From contig ML978127.1 of NCBI GenBank assembly GCA_010015805.1, positions 1,054,001-1,118,000 of the forward strand: a DNA stretch of 64,000 bases, written 5' to 3'. This document shows, piece by piece, positions 37,447 to 49,290 of the stretch. Origin of the DNA: Rhizodiscina lignyota (taxonomy: Eukaryota). Below the pieces are notes generated by a model. It was not told the DNA's origin, searched no databases, and saw only the letters and a program-made list of their open reading frames with translations. The translations under genes were made by a program, and so were the position numbers. Within the stretch, counting starts at the first letter, position 1; each line of letters starts with the position of its first letter.

Positions 37447-38916
37447 GGTCTTGTCGGTCACAGGTGGTAAAATGTTCAAGGTGTCAGCTTCGAGGTGTTG
37501 TGAGTTATACCTCGTAGATTGGGTCGGATAAGTATGGAGCATAGTTACTGCATTGAAATGTACATAGGTAGTTCTAGGTAGATTGGAGAGCACGACGTCG
37601 CTCGTTGACGTTGATTTGCCTCAGGGAGGGGCGACCGAGGTGTATTGCGTCGAGGTTGCATTTTGATGATTTTTGATGGTTTGCATGAGCTAAACAACAA
37701 AAGAACGAATTAATGAGTGAATAGAGACAAGATATAGTAAGAAAAACAAATAAACTTAGTAAATTAACGATTGTACACGATTTCGAAGCTTCATTACGGG
37801 GAGGGGAAGGTTATTCGGTAACAGCACGCTAAGTGTCAAGGATTCTTTGTGATTGGCTAATAAGCACTAACCACTTAAACTCATCAGGGGTTTGCCTCTA
37901 CCTCTACGAGACTACGATTGAAACACTGCTGTACTTCTTCCCCCAACGATTTAGCTAATAGCCATTCTCAGGGAGGACAGCTTTATCTTCCCTTTGCTCG
38001 CTCATATGAAGCAAGGACTTGATGCTAACAGCAGCAGTTATATCGACCCGTTCCACATGATTCGAGCTTGCCTCTCCACGACCTCCGATCGAGATGATAT
38101 TTGGCAGACATACAGGCGCGCCGTACACTCTTCCTTGCTCATACTCCAACTACTTCATGGCGGTCGAATGGAAATGCTAGAAGCCAAAGGCAGCGATCAC
38201 TGAATCGGGGAGCAGTACCATGCGGTAGTAGAGCCTTCGGGAGACGTGCCTCGAGAGCATCGAACGGAGTCGTCTGTAGATGAGGTCGCTTAATTGAGAT
38301 CGGCTAAGAGATATAAACTGGAATTCAGTAAGAGCTTATTGGACGCGCTGGTAACGGTGTCAGGGCCACCCACCGGCTGGGTACATGTTTTCGCTGGCCT
38401 AAGATATATTGCTCTGAGATCGGTCAAGAAGTGTGATGAGCCATACCAAAACTTTCCCAGCCAGTACCGTTTGGAATAGAGATAGGGATGACTGAACAAA
38501 ATGCCTCTAAAATTCAGTATTGGAATAAGTCAAGTCCGTTAAGTGTTTACCTAAAGGGCGATACTGGTGTTGCAGCATTGATGCTCTTCGTATCGATTTT
38601 CTCATTTTCAAAGCTAATCATTTTCTCTGCAGCAAATGTCATCATTAATTCTATTGGATCATAACGGCGTGCTTATGATTTCAATGCAATATTGTTGGCT
38701 CACCATATTTCTCTTTTCTAACGGTCGTCATAGTCGGCCTACGCCCGACCAGAATCTCAACGGCACACTATAAAGTTCTCCTACAATCTTAATTTCCTTT
38801 CTTTTCTTTTCCACATTAGGAAAATACCCCAGCGAAGTTCGCATACTTGCAACTGAGGTTACATCTACAATCAGCTTCGCAGTCAGACATACAGCCCAGT
38901 TTCAAGATCATATAAA

Positions 38917-40017
38917 ATGGGACAAGAATCGCAGTCAGCGCGTTCGGAATCTCTCGTTCGCTCATCCCCTGTTGTGCGCTTTAGTCGTAATATTTCAGCC
39001 ATCACTCCTCTTGCTCCATATCTTCGCGACTCCATCTCTCCTGCGTCGACGCAAACCTCTCCAGCCTCGGATGGAACCCAGTCTGTGATACTCCGGGAGG
39101 AGAGTGAAGACATTAATTGGCAGCCGCCAGCAGTGCAGGAAGCATCCGAGACACCGCTCCCAGCATCCAGGCCTCGTTTTGGGGATGAAAATGGCTTCTT
39201 CGTTGGCCCTGATGTCGCACGCCAGCACTTCGACCGCAATGGGCAGAGGGTGACAGAAGGGCTTCTTCCGGGATCGACCATTTCTTCGCAGTTCGATCCC
39301 GTAAATGACATCGGCAACATCAGTTTCGAAGCATATAAAGAGTTCTTTCAATTTGTAAGACAGTTCTTGCCTCACACGGACTCGGGACGGGATCCAAATG
39401 TAGAAGTGGTCGGGAGCACGAGATCCGCAAACGAAAATAGTCGCACCGTAACACCTGCCTCGCAGAGACATCCAAAGTCCTCGTTTTCAGAACGCAAGGC
39501 ATCAAAGCGTGTCCGGAAAGAGGAAGAGTGGAACGTAGCGGGCCCAGAAGAAGCGAAACCAGCTTCCAAGAGAATCAAACAGAATCCTCCGGGTCAGACT
39601 CCACGACTTCCTGTTCCTCTCACAGAGGAAAGGACCGCCGAGGGCCGGCGCAAAGCAACAAGTCGCAACAAGCACTACCTCCAAGCGGAGAAGGAATGGC
39701 TGATCGAGATGTTTGACAATGACAACAACCACGAGCTTACATGGAACAAAATCGTACAATTGTTCAATGATCGGTGGCAGGGTGTTGTTGTCAAGGGCGA
39801 ACCGCGGCCGCCCAGGACGGTGCAGGGCCTGCAAGATATGACCAACCATGCGGAGGTGGGGGCAGCGAAGAAGAGGTGGCAGGCTCGCGAGTTGGCTGTA
39901 AAGGGGAAGAAGAAGCAAGCAAAGGGCAATGAGAATGTAGAGTGCCCTTCGGAGACGGAAAGGCGAGAGGCCTCAGAGCAAATGGATGGGAATGAGAGAA
40001 TTGAGCAGAAGGGATAG
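38917..40017 (+). CDS. Hypothetical nuclear protein with a C-terminal Myb/SANT-like helix-turn-helix
   Basis: 366-aa intronless ORF; Y.QAEKEWL.....TWNKIVQLFNDRW...PRPPRTVQGL pattern; basic NLS-like patches. Confidence 0.6.
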   Translation: MGQESQSARSESLVRSSPVVRFSRNISAITPLAPYLRDSISPASTQTSPASDGTQSVILREESEDINWQPPAVQEASETPLPASRPRFGDENGFFVGPDVARQHFDRNGQRVTEGLLPGSTISSQFDPVNDIGNISFEAYKEFFQFVRQFLPHTDSGRDPNVEVVGSTRSANENSRTVTPASQRHPKSSFSERKASKRVRKEEEWNVAGPEEAKPASKRIKQNPPGQTPRLPVPLTEERTAEGRRKATSRNKHYLQAEKEWLIEMFDNDNNHELTWNKIVQLFNDRWQGVVVKGEPRPPRTVQGLQDMTNHAEVGAAKKRWQARELAVKGKKKQAKGNENVECPSETERREASEQMDGNERIEQKG

Positions 40018-41664
40018 AAGTCAATCTCACATAATCGGATACATGCTCCGTTTACTGTTTGCCTGCGGACATTAGATCATAGATTCTAAGATGTATAACA
40101 CTACGCAAGTCAATGCAGACGTCGTAACCAGACCCCGTTTATAATCGAACAGGTTCTCCACTTGTCGCCGAGCGCACACGCACGAGTAGAGAATTGGAGT
40201 ACTACTACGTTACTGGCTTTACGGTTCACCTTGATGACACCCTTTTATAAAAACTGTAAGTTTTCATGAGTTGGCTGAAGTAGCAAATGGAGATCCCGCA
40301 TATAATCGAACATCGCCTCCGGGGGTCGTTCTGCCCAGGCATAGACAAGAAGAGGGTCTTCGCAATATTATCAATGCAGCATTGGACGGTGAAAGTCCTA
40401 AGCCGTTTTCTGATGGTATCTTACAGCTTTTGAAAGTTCCGTGTGATCGTCCAATAAAGGGACGGGTAATATTTGTCCGCACGCACAGGCCCTCGCGATT
40501 CGCTCCACAATTCGGCCTTTCCAGAGGCTTTCCTCAGAATGCTTACTTTGATATCTCACTCATAAGCAACTCTCAGAAAGCCAGAACATGATGTCGATCA
40601 AGCCTTTGCCCGCATACGCCTTTGGCGTATTCTGCATTCTCTCCGCCGCTCCATTCATCGGCATCCCCTTTCCCAGCTCTCGTGCGTCATCATACTACGC
40701 AAATAAGAATATCTGGATTTCACATATCGCCCAACAATATGGACTTTAAGTCACACCAGCTCAAGCTGGATACTTCGGCGCTGCTCTCAGAATCGTACTG
40801 GGAGTTGGCTTCATCAGTTCGAGATTTCGACTGCCTACGTGTGCGATGATGGGTGCCATCGCTAGCTACGGCACCTTGCAAGCGATCAAGGACGGAAAAC
40901 CGTTGCTTCCGCAATTTGGAATGTTGGCTGCTACGGCGGCGGTAGTGATTTTTGGGTGATTTCGGTCTTCGAGAGGCCGACAGTCTTTAAAGCAGGTTTC
41001 CTTGCGTCTTCAGAGGAGAGATTCATGAAGTCATCTCGGGCTCTGACATGCTCGGAGCCCCACGATTCGCTGATCGGTCTTTTCCGTCATAGAGAAGTCA
41101 TACTCCATATTATAGGTGGCATTTCATAGCTGGGAAAGGGTTTTTCGGGCCTGTAAGGAATATATATAGTAAGTGTGGATACTAAGCTAGGCTTAGTTTG
41201 TAATGGAATTCTGATATCGGGACAGCGTAGGCTTGAGACGACAGAGGTCTGTCTAGTGGAAGGTCATCAACCGCGAAAGAGACTTTGATTGTGGAAGTGT
41301 GATAGTATCATGTTCAGGACATATGATAATTTTCCTTGAATGGTAGACCCTGACAACGAAATTGATCTTTCAGATGACTGAAATGATCAAGTCCACTAGG
41401 ATTTTTGTCCGAAATGGAAAATACCAAGTCGATAGATATGTGGTCGCGAGCGCTATGTGACGGATAATTCGTTCAGCCGGGCTGCGTCCAAGCGGGCCCG
41501 AGCGCTTCGCATCCGAAATAATTTTCCCTGAGTCGACACGCGAGCTTTTCCTGCATTTAACAACCTCCCGCGCGTCAATGTCTCCCAATGTCGTGAGACA
41601 TTGAGTCCGATCGTTCTGGCATTGACAGCACTACATGTCCGGCCTCTGGCGGAGGTACGGTAAG

Positions 41665-43530
41665 ATGGCGATGGCGCCTTCGTCGAAGGCAATCGGCATC
41701 ATTGGCATGGGGGATATGGGGAAGATGTATGCGAAGACGCTGAGCGATGCAGGCTGGAAGTAAGATATCCCTTTTCAGTCGTGCCTGCAGACAAACTGGG
41801 TCATGTGGATATGCTTGGTGAGTACAATTCACTTTTCTTTTTCACATGATATTCGAATGATGACTTGAGCGCATTTGGCTCGAGTATGGCCGTCCACCTG
41901 CTTCTGCGTCGTTATGGCCTGGAGGTTGACGGACTGGTCGTCAGTGATGTAACTGCTTGCTACCTTTTTAACATATTGTCTGAATTTCTTGAAGCTGTTC
42001 ACTATTCACCCTCATCTTGATTTCAGCGTCTGGGTGCATACACTGACATATGAGCAGATATCGATACGATGTTTCCATTTACAGCGGTAGCTGATCATAC
42101 CCTCCCTCAAGTGTCAATGCCTGCGATCTCCCAGATAAATACTACGACCTGCAGAAGGAATTCGAGACCAGGGTAGGAAGCCCTTTCATGTACATAGCAA
42201 TTCGGAGTGTCACTGAGTGCAGCTAGAGCAAAATCAACATTCTTCCTGACGGTCACCTCGTCTCACGCTCCAGCGACTTCATTATCTACAGCGTTGAAGC
42301 AAAGTATATCGACGCTGTCGTGGCTGCCTACGGACCTTCCACTAAGATGAACGCCATCGTAGGCGGTCAGACGTCGTGCAAAGCTCCAGAGATCGCCGCT
42401 TTCGAGAAATACCTTCCCAAGGATGTTGAAATAATATCGTGTCATTCTCTGCATGGTCCGAGGGTGGATCCAAGAGGTCAGCCTCTCGCCATCATCAAAC
42501 ATCGCGCATCCCATGAGAGTTATCTTTTTGTGCAGAAGATCTTGTCAGCCTTTGGCTCAAAAATTGTCCATCTAACTGCCAGTGAGCATGATCGCATCAC
42601 TGCAGACACACAAGCAGTCACACATGCGGCCTTTCTGAGGTAAGTTCAATACCATTTGAACCTGCTACTTAAACATACTGAAGCCCCTGCAAGTATGGGC
42701 GCCGCGTGGTACGCGAACGGTCAATATCCCTGGGACATTCCCCGTTATATTGGCGGTATCGAAAATGTTAAGATCAACATCACGCTGCGCATCTACGCGA
42801 GCAAATGGCACGTCTACGCCGGCCTCGCCATACTGAACCCGTACGCAAAACGACAGATTCGACAATATGCTGCGTCTGTGACCGATTTGTATAAGCTGAT
42901 GCTCGCTGGCCAACGCGAGGAATTGAGCAAGCGCATCAAAAGTGCTGGTGCAGCAGTCTTCAAGCCCGATGCGCACAGAGACCTGCTTCTCGAGGACGAA
43001 GTGCTTGACCGATTCTCGCTTGGAAAGAAGCCTCCAGAAAGGGTAAGGAATAACCATCTCAGTTTACTTGCCATAGTGGATTGCTGGTGGAAGCTGGGAA
43101 TTCATCCCTACGATCATATGATCTGTTCAACTCCAGTAAGTTCTTTCTTGAGCCTCTAATACTTCTGTCTGAATTATCGTAGCTCTTTAGACTGTGGTTG
43201 GGTATCGCAGAATACCTGTTCAGGAACCCGGAGCTACTTGACGAGGTGATCGAGACTGCAATAGAGGACGACACCTTCAGAGCTGATGACCTGGAGTTCA
43301 CGTTTGCTGCACGGGTAAGTAAACCATCCATGTGAATGTGCATTTGCTCAACTCTATACTAGGACTGGAGTGATCGCGTCGACTTGGGGAACATGGATGG
43401 ATATCGCGAGAAGTTTGAAAAGGTGCAGCAGTATTTCGCCCCAAGGTTTCCAGAGGCCACAGCTCTGGGTAATGAGATGGTTCAGACGATTCTGGAGCAC
43501 GTGGAGAAGCAAAACGAAATCGAGGAATGA
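41665..43530 (+). CDS. TYR1: Prephenate dehydrogenase (NADP+)
   Basis: IGIIGMGDMGKMYA, VNACD, GGQTSCKAPEI, CHSLHGP, HDRITADTQAVTHAAF, GGIENVK, KWHVYAGLAILNP, PYDHMICSTP, DDLEFT; 352-nt first intron 41760-42111. Confidence 0.95.
41857..41983 (+). ncRNA. Candidate intronic box C/D snoRNA
   Basis: Box C ATGATGA 41857, D' TTGA 41926, short stem TGACG/CGTCA, C' GTGATGT 41944, box D CTGA 41980, all inside the unusually long TYR1 intron 1. Confidence 0.45.
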
Positions 43531-44264
43531 TTGTTGTTTCCAATGTTTTTATATTTATTTCACTTTGCAATCTCTACCAAAGTTTAGACGCTGCGGGAAT
43601 ATCGGAGTTAGCGATCTAATGACTTATGTTGGCTCAATAGTTCTCCGTACCGGCGTCCGAGAACGCGTATGCAGCGGCTACCTAGCTAATGCCACAAAGG
43701 TTTAATGCGAATAATGATGTCAATGAAATAAGGTCGCATTGATCCTGCGGAATTTCGGCCTTTCCGGCCGTTCCTGTTGTCTGTCCCTGCTGTTCGATCT
43801 GATACGGCCGACGAGATCAAGCCGTCATTCAATGCGATCGCTATAATGTCGAGCCGGACAGTCCCGCAATCGTGCTCGTCTTAAACCCGTCCACCAGGCT
43901 GTCGTCTCGAAGGTGGTATCACTGGACCAAATCACATCTTTGAGAGGTTTCTTCGATGCAATTGCTTAAGCGGAGCGTCCCCTCTTATGCACGAACTATG
44001 CCAGTTACGCGTAGAGTCAGAAGCTCGTTCAATGGCACTTCGAATATGAACGGCATCCGAGGGCCTAAGGAGAGTTGCTGCCAAACGTGTTTGGAGCGCT
44101 CTCGACATTATAATGACTGGCTACATTAGTATCGCGAGCTCTTTGCGCCGTCGGTGTTAAGACAGGCGCCAGGAGGAATGCGCGTTTCCAAGAACTCGTC
44201 CGGGATGCCGATATATTTCAGAATGTCTTGCCATTGAAGGTGTTCCTGAAATAAAGACGACTTT

Positions 44265-45916
44265 ATGTCGCGTGTCTTTATGCGTCCAATTCTTCGGACA
44301 CAGAGAAGCCATTGGAAACCCCAGAAGTCGCTCCACACTACTAGCAGAATGTCTTCCGCGGCAACCGCTGCTGCCCTGTATGCTGCGGCAGTGTCGCCAG
44401 CACAATTGACTGGTGCCGTACCTGAAGACGCGAAGGAGAGAAGACATCATCTCAAAGGAAAGAAAGGGTTCCAGAATCCGTCAGTACCGGAGCAGGATCC
44501 ACTTAAAAAAAAATAGCTGACTCAAGACATAGCTGGGACTCCTTCCGTGACCAGAATGGCTGGAATATCGGACGCGCCATGATATGGTATGACCCTCAAT
44601 GCTCAGCAACAACTGACACTAATTGTGAGAAGGCGCCATTTAACTGGCAAATCCAACAAGCCAGACACTTCACCACCGACCGTCCCTGTCCACGCACCTA
44701 CCTTTCTCCCATCCCGCAGTACCCAAAGCCTCCGCGCAACATGGCTTGGCCATGCATGCTATCTCGTCGAATTCCCGAGCGGCTTCCGCGTCCTCTTCGA
44801 TCCTGTCTTCACGCATAGATGCTCGCCATTTTCATGGATGGGTCCAGCGCGATACACCAAGGCGCCGTGCCAGATTGACGACATACCAATGGTCGACGCT
44901 GTGGTAATATCGCACAACCACTATGACCATCTGAGCCATCCAACGATTATGAGGATCAAGGAGAAGCACCCCGAGGTACATTTCTTCGTGCCGTTGGGGA
45001 ATAAGCGCTGGTTCGAGGAGGCGTGCGGAATCACGAATGTGACGGAGCTGGACTGGTGGGAGTCGCGCGACATTCGGCTGTCGCTTTCTCAGGCGAAGAC
45101 GGGGCCGAAGAGCGGGAGAGATATTATCGTCGAAAATGGCTCCGATTCTGAAAGCACCGCTCGCAGTGATTCGGGCGAGGACATCGTAGCGACAATAGGG
45201 TGTCTCCCGTGCCAGCACATGACAGCGAGGACTCCTTTCGACCGCATGCACACACTCTGGGCATCGTGGAGCGTCGAGAGCGGTGGAAAGAAGGTTTGGT
45301 TCGCAGGGTAAGCACCTCAGTAAATAATCACGATCACTGCTGGGTTTCATGTCGCGTCGCACGTGCTGGCGTCGAAATCAGGTTTAGTGCTTACCCAGCG
45401 TCGGAGGAGCATTATTTCAGCCCCGGTGAAAATTTGTGCTAACATTATCGTCTTCGCGCAGTGACACAGGATATCGTTCTGTTCCAGAGTCCTCGGATGG
45501 TGAGGACGACTATGGCGAGAAGTACAAGAGCTTGCCGCACTGCCCTGCATTTGCCCAGATCGGAGATCTGAGAGGGCCATTTGACTTGGGTCTTATTCCA
45601 ATTGGCGCGTACGATCCAAGATTCATTATGAGCCCAATGCATGCGAATCCAAAGGATGCGGTTAACATCTTTGTGGATTCGAAATGCAGACGGGCTTTGG
45701 GAATGCATTGGGGTACTTGGGTCCTCACAGAAGGTAAGCTAAATTATAGAATTGAGAAGGCGCGAAAATGCTGACGGGGACTCAGAGGATGTTCTTGAAC
45801 CGCCTAAGCTGCTGAGACAGGCACTAGCGGAGAAGGACATATTAGAATGGGGCATCTTTGACGTATGCGATATCGGCGAGAGCCGGGAATTTGCAGATAC
45901 GATGGACAAGCTGTAA
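44265..45916 (+). CDS. N-acyl-phosphatidylethanolamine phospholipase D-like metallo-beta-lactamase (Fmp30/NAPE-PLD family)
   Basis: GFQNP/WDS, ATWLGHA, LFDPVF..RCSP...[59 protein letters not shown]. Confidence 0.92.
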
Positions 45917-46058
45917 CATTTCATTGCATTCTCTCATCTGTGTATTATTTGGCCTGAAAGGCGCAGGAGTTGGTGATTGGATTATTATTCTCAATTCGAC
46001 TCCGGAATATTTCAACCTCTTGTACATCCGGGCTATTTCTTCAATTTCCGAGTCCAGC

Positions 46059-46786
46059 TCAAAGTTCCAAGAAGACGAACGACATGAACGCCATCATTCC
46101 AATCACGAAATTACACGTCCAAACTCCAAATTCTGGTGTCGCTGCTCCGGCTTCTGCTTGAGTAGTCGCTGTCGGCTGCGAAGGCGCGCTATATGTCAGC
46201 GTTCTGGTGAAATTGAAGTTCGATGTTGCTCCCGGGGCCAATATCGACTTGTTAAAGAAAGGAATGGCCGTCGTATCAACCAGAACAGGTCCTGTTTTCG
46301 TGATATTTGCTGTTGTTGATGGAGCGAGAATGGTCGTGAGGATGTAAGCTGGTGGTGTCCGTGTAGTCACCGTGACGAGTGGATTTGATGAAGAGGAGGA
46401 GGAAGCGTAGAGACAAATGCTTGATGCGATGCTTGATGCGACTGCAAACCTTTATGTCAGCCGTTACGATCCGTTCCAAACCAGAAGAATCGCTACATAC
46501 GAGACTGGTCCTTGGAGTTGCAGTTCTGGCGGATGCCATAGTCCAGATCAGACATCATATGGCTATCTTTGCAGATGCATGCTGTGTCTGTAGGGTCGCA
46601 CGGGCTAGCAGCGAGGTCTTGGAAGATTCCATATTGCTTCGCGACTGTGTTAGCGACTGTGCTCGAAGTTGCACACTTGATAGTACTTACAGCACAGGAA
46701 GGAAGCTGACCGATATCAATTGTAGTCGTTTGTGCTGCGGAACATAACGACGCTGTGAGGACTGAGGAGATATGGAGGAGACGCAT
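46059..46786 (-). CDS. CFEM-domain cell-surface protein, probably GPI-anchored
   Basis: Signal peptide; LPSCA...CDPTDTACIC...C-x15-C after splicing two introns; Thr/Ser-rich stalk; hydrophobic C-terminus. Confidence 0.8.
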
Positions 46787-48765
46787 CTTGCAAGTACAAG
46801 TTTCATCCAGTGTCCAGTTTATCGAACTTCGGGGCCTTGAAGGCACCCTCTGTTTTTGAGACACTCCGCATCATTATGGCTTTCCGCTTGCACAGTATCT
46901 TTTCGAATTCCTCAAACTGAAGGCCATTCAAGTTTTCCGTCCGCTTTCGCAGCAAAGTTCTAATGTTGAGACGGTTGTGGTGTGTCACCCGTCCGCGCTG
47001 CGATTGGTCTGGAATGTGGACGTTTCCCAATGCAGACAGTAACAAAGACCGATCCAGTTAAGCGCTAATCTTTCGCCGCAATCACTCGTGGGCGACGGCA
47101 GATTCCATTCGCTCTTTGTTCGGATTCTAGATTGGGTAATACTTGGCCACAGACTTGGTTGCGACGTCATTGGGAGGTTCTACGGGTAAGGCTGGAGAGA
47201 CCCAGCGCATATAATAAAGATGTGGGGAATCGTCCGGGGGCCGAGATGGCTAATAGTCCTCTTGACCCACTTCACATTCGCACAGGAACAGCTCTTTGTG
47301 AGACACCTCAATTTCCGATCCTCATGCATCCTAACGATGCCCACTTGAGTCCGCCTTGCTCGCCAACAGCTCCGGGGGTCCAAAATGGTGTCAGCGTCTA
47401 TTCTAGGTTAGCCTCCCTCGCGTGACTCTCATATGAAGAAGTATAATAACTATCCTTAGGAGATTGTCAACCCATATTGCATCTCTTCTAGCGGAAGCCA
47501 CCCGCACTGCTGCGACTCGAGAATGTATCCCACCAGCTCATTTACCAACATCCAAAGGCAATCTCATGAGTGCCGGAGCGGCTGCGGAGATGGAGGCGAC
47601 AATGGCAAGGTTATCGTTAGACTCGAATACGGTTCCAAGAGTGCGCATGGTGAAAGTTGAGAAAGAAGGCGATGACGAGAACTCCGCGGCGGAGAAGAGG
47701 AAGTCGATGAACAAACATAGATTACGTTTGAGCCTGAGTGAGAGGAGAACATCAATATGAAATTTTGTAAAAGAAATGGATTTTTTGATATGAGACGAGC
47801 GTATCGAAACGTTTCATTGATTTCCATAGCAAATTCAATGCCATTTTGGGCAGCTGTTTTGCGCACGAGCTCACGCTCGCCACTCTCCCCGAAGTAATCT
47901 TTGTCCGCACAAGAGGACTCGAACAAATGTTCTGCTAAACAGATATCCGAACTTAAGGCTCTACGCTAATAAAGTCGAGTGGATGTTATTCTTGACGTGA
48001 ATTGAAGATTTTGGCTCCGCGCCGTGGCTCTGCTCTATTGGGCACCCTTGAGTTTAACGCAGGAAGACAGTAGTGACACTGCTTGTCGAGCATGATCTCT
48101 TAGGCATTTAGTGTAGCTTCGGAGATGTACAAAGGATGAGGTTGAAAAGATGAGCCCCAAAAGTGGAGGCTTCAGGTTAAAACGTTGTCGAAGTTCATGG
48201 AGGTACGATACCGCGTTTTAGAGAACGTCGGAATCCGCCTAAGAAAAGACACCTACCTCCGTGCGGCTTCCTTGGGTTCGCCTAAAATGTTCAATCAGAC
48301 GCCTGTCCACCAAGAGCACGGAAGCTTCGGTAAAAGTAATATAACCCAGACATTTTTTTAACAACTGAAGCTATGTACATAAGAACAGCCTGCCGTGCTT
48401 GCATGGGTCGCGTGCGGTGCAAGTAATCTACGATCAGCCTTGCAAATAGCGTACAACGGGGGTTGCTCTATCAAAACTGGGGAGAGATCGGATGGAATTA
48501 AAATATCCTACTGGGCCGGGGCTTTGAGGCGCCGTCGGAATGTCTCTGTAAGACTTACTTCTGCCCAGGTGCCAGCTGAGCCAAGTTCCTTCTACATCAC
48601 TCCGTCTTACATACACGAAGTTACATGGAAAAAGATGTATTTATAAGGCGCGTCCTCTGAAACTAAAGAGACATCCAGCGCATCTCTCATCTTTTGTTGC
48701 TATCTAAGTAGCAGTCACTGCGCCGTTCCTTTCGAGCCTCTTCCCCCAATTTCGTGGATATCGCT

Positions 48766-49290
48766 ATGGCATCCCTCCAGGAGTCCGCTGAGGCATATGT
48801 CCAGAAATATGCCGCTGAAATCTCGACAGGCAAAGAGCTCATGGAAGCGACGAGCGAAGAAGATCAACAAGCCAGGGTCGATGGTTTTTGCAAAAAGATG
48901 ACTAGCTTTTTCCTTCCAAAGCCTGTGCTGTTTGGAATGCCCGGTCCGCCACAGCAGTGGGCCTCACACGAAGCAGGGCAGCAGATGCTCAAGACCGTGA
49001 TAGGGCGGTACATTGACTTCGGTATCGGATTCCAAGGGGCTCTCAAGTCGAGCAAGGTCCGGGTTCTCTATGATCACGGTGGATTCGGCGCTTGCCTGGT
49101 CGATATCATCTGGACGACAATACCACATGCGAAGAGCGGGCTTGAGCCGTGGGATATGCACGGAATGTACGGGTATCGCAAGCTGCAAACCGGTGAAGAG
49201 GGCTGGGAATTGGGATATAATGACGATGAAATTGCGAACCTCTTGAAGCGTTTTCCGAACTTCTTCGAGGGTATGGGACCACCTCAGTGA
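48766..49290 (+). CDS. Hypothetical protein, possibly NTF2/SnoaL-like fold
   Basis: Intronless 174-aa ORF with a TATA (TATTTATAA near 48638) upstream; W...YGYR......GWE....DDEI..L pattern. The fold assignment is inference. Confidence 0.6.
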   Translation: MASLQESAEAYVQKYAAEISTGKELMEATSEEDQQARVDGFCKKMTSFFLPKPVLFGMPGPPQQWASHEAGQQMLKTVIGRYIDFGIGFQGALKSSKVRVLYDHGGFGACLVDIIWTTIPHAKSGLEPWDMHGMYGYRKLQTGEEGWELGYNDDEIANLLKRFPNFFEGMGPPQ

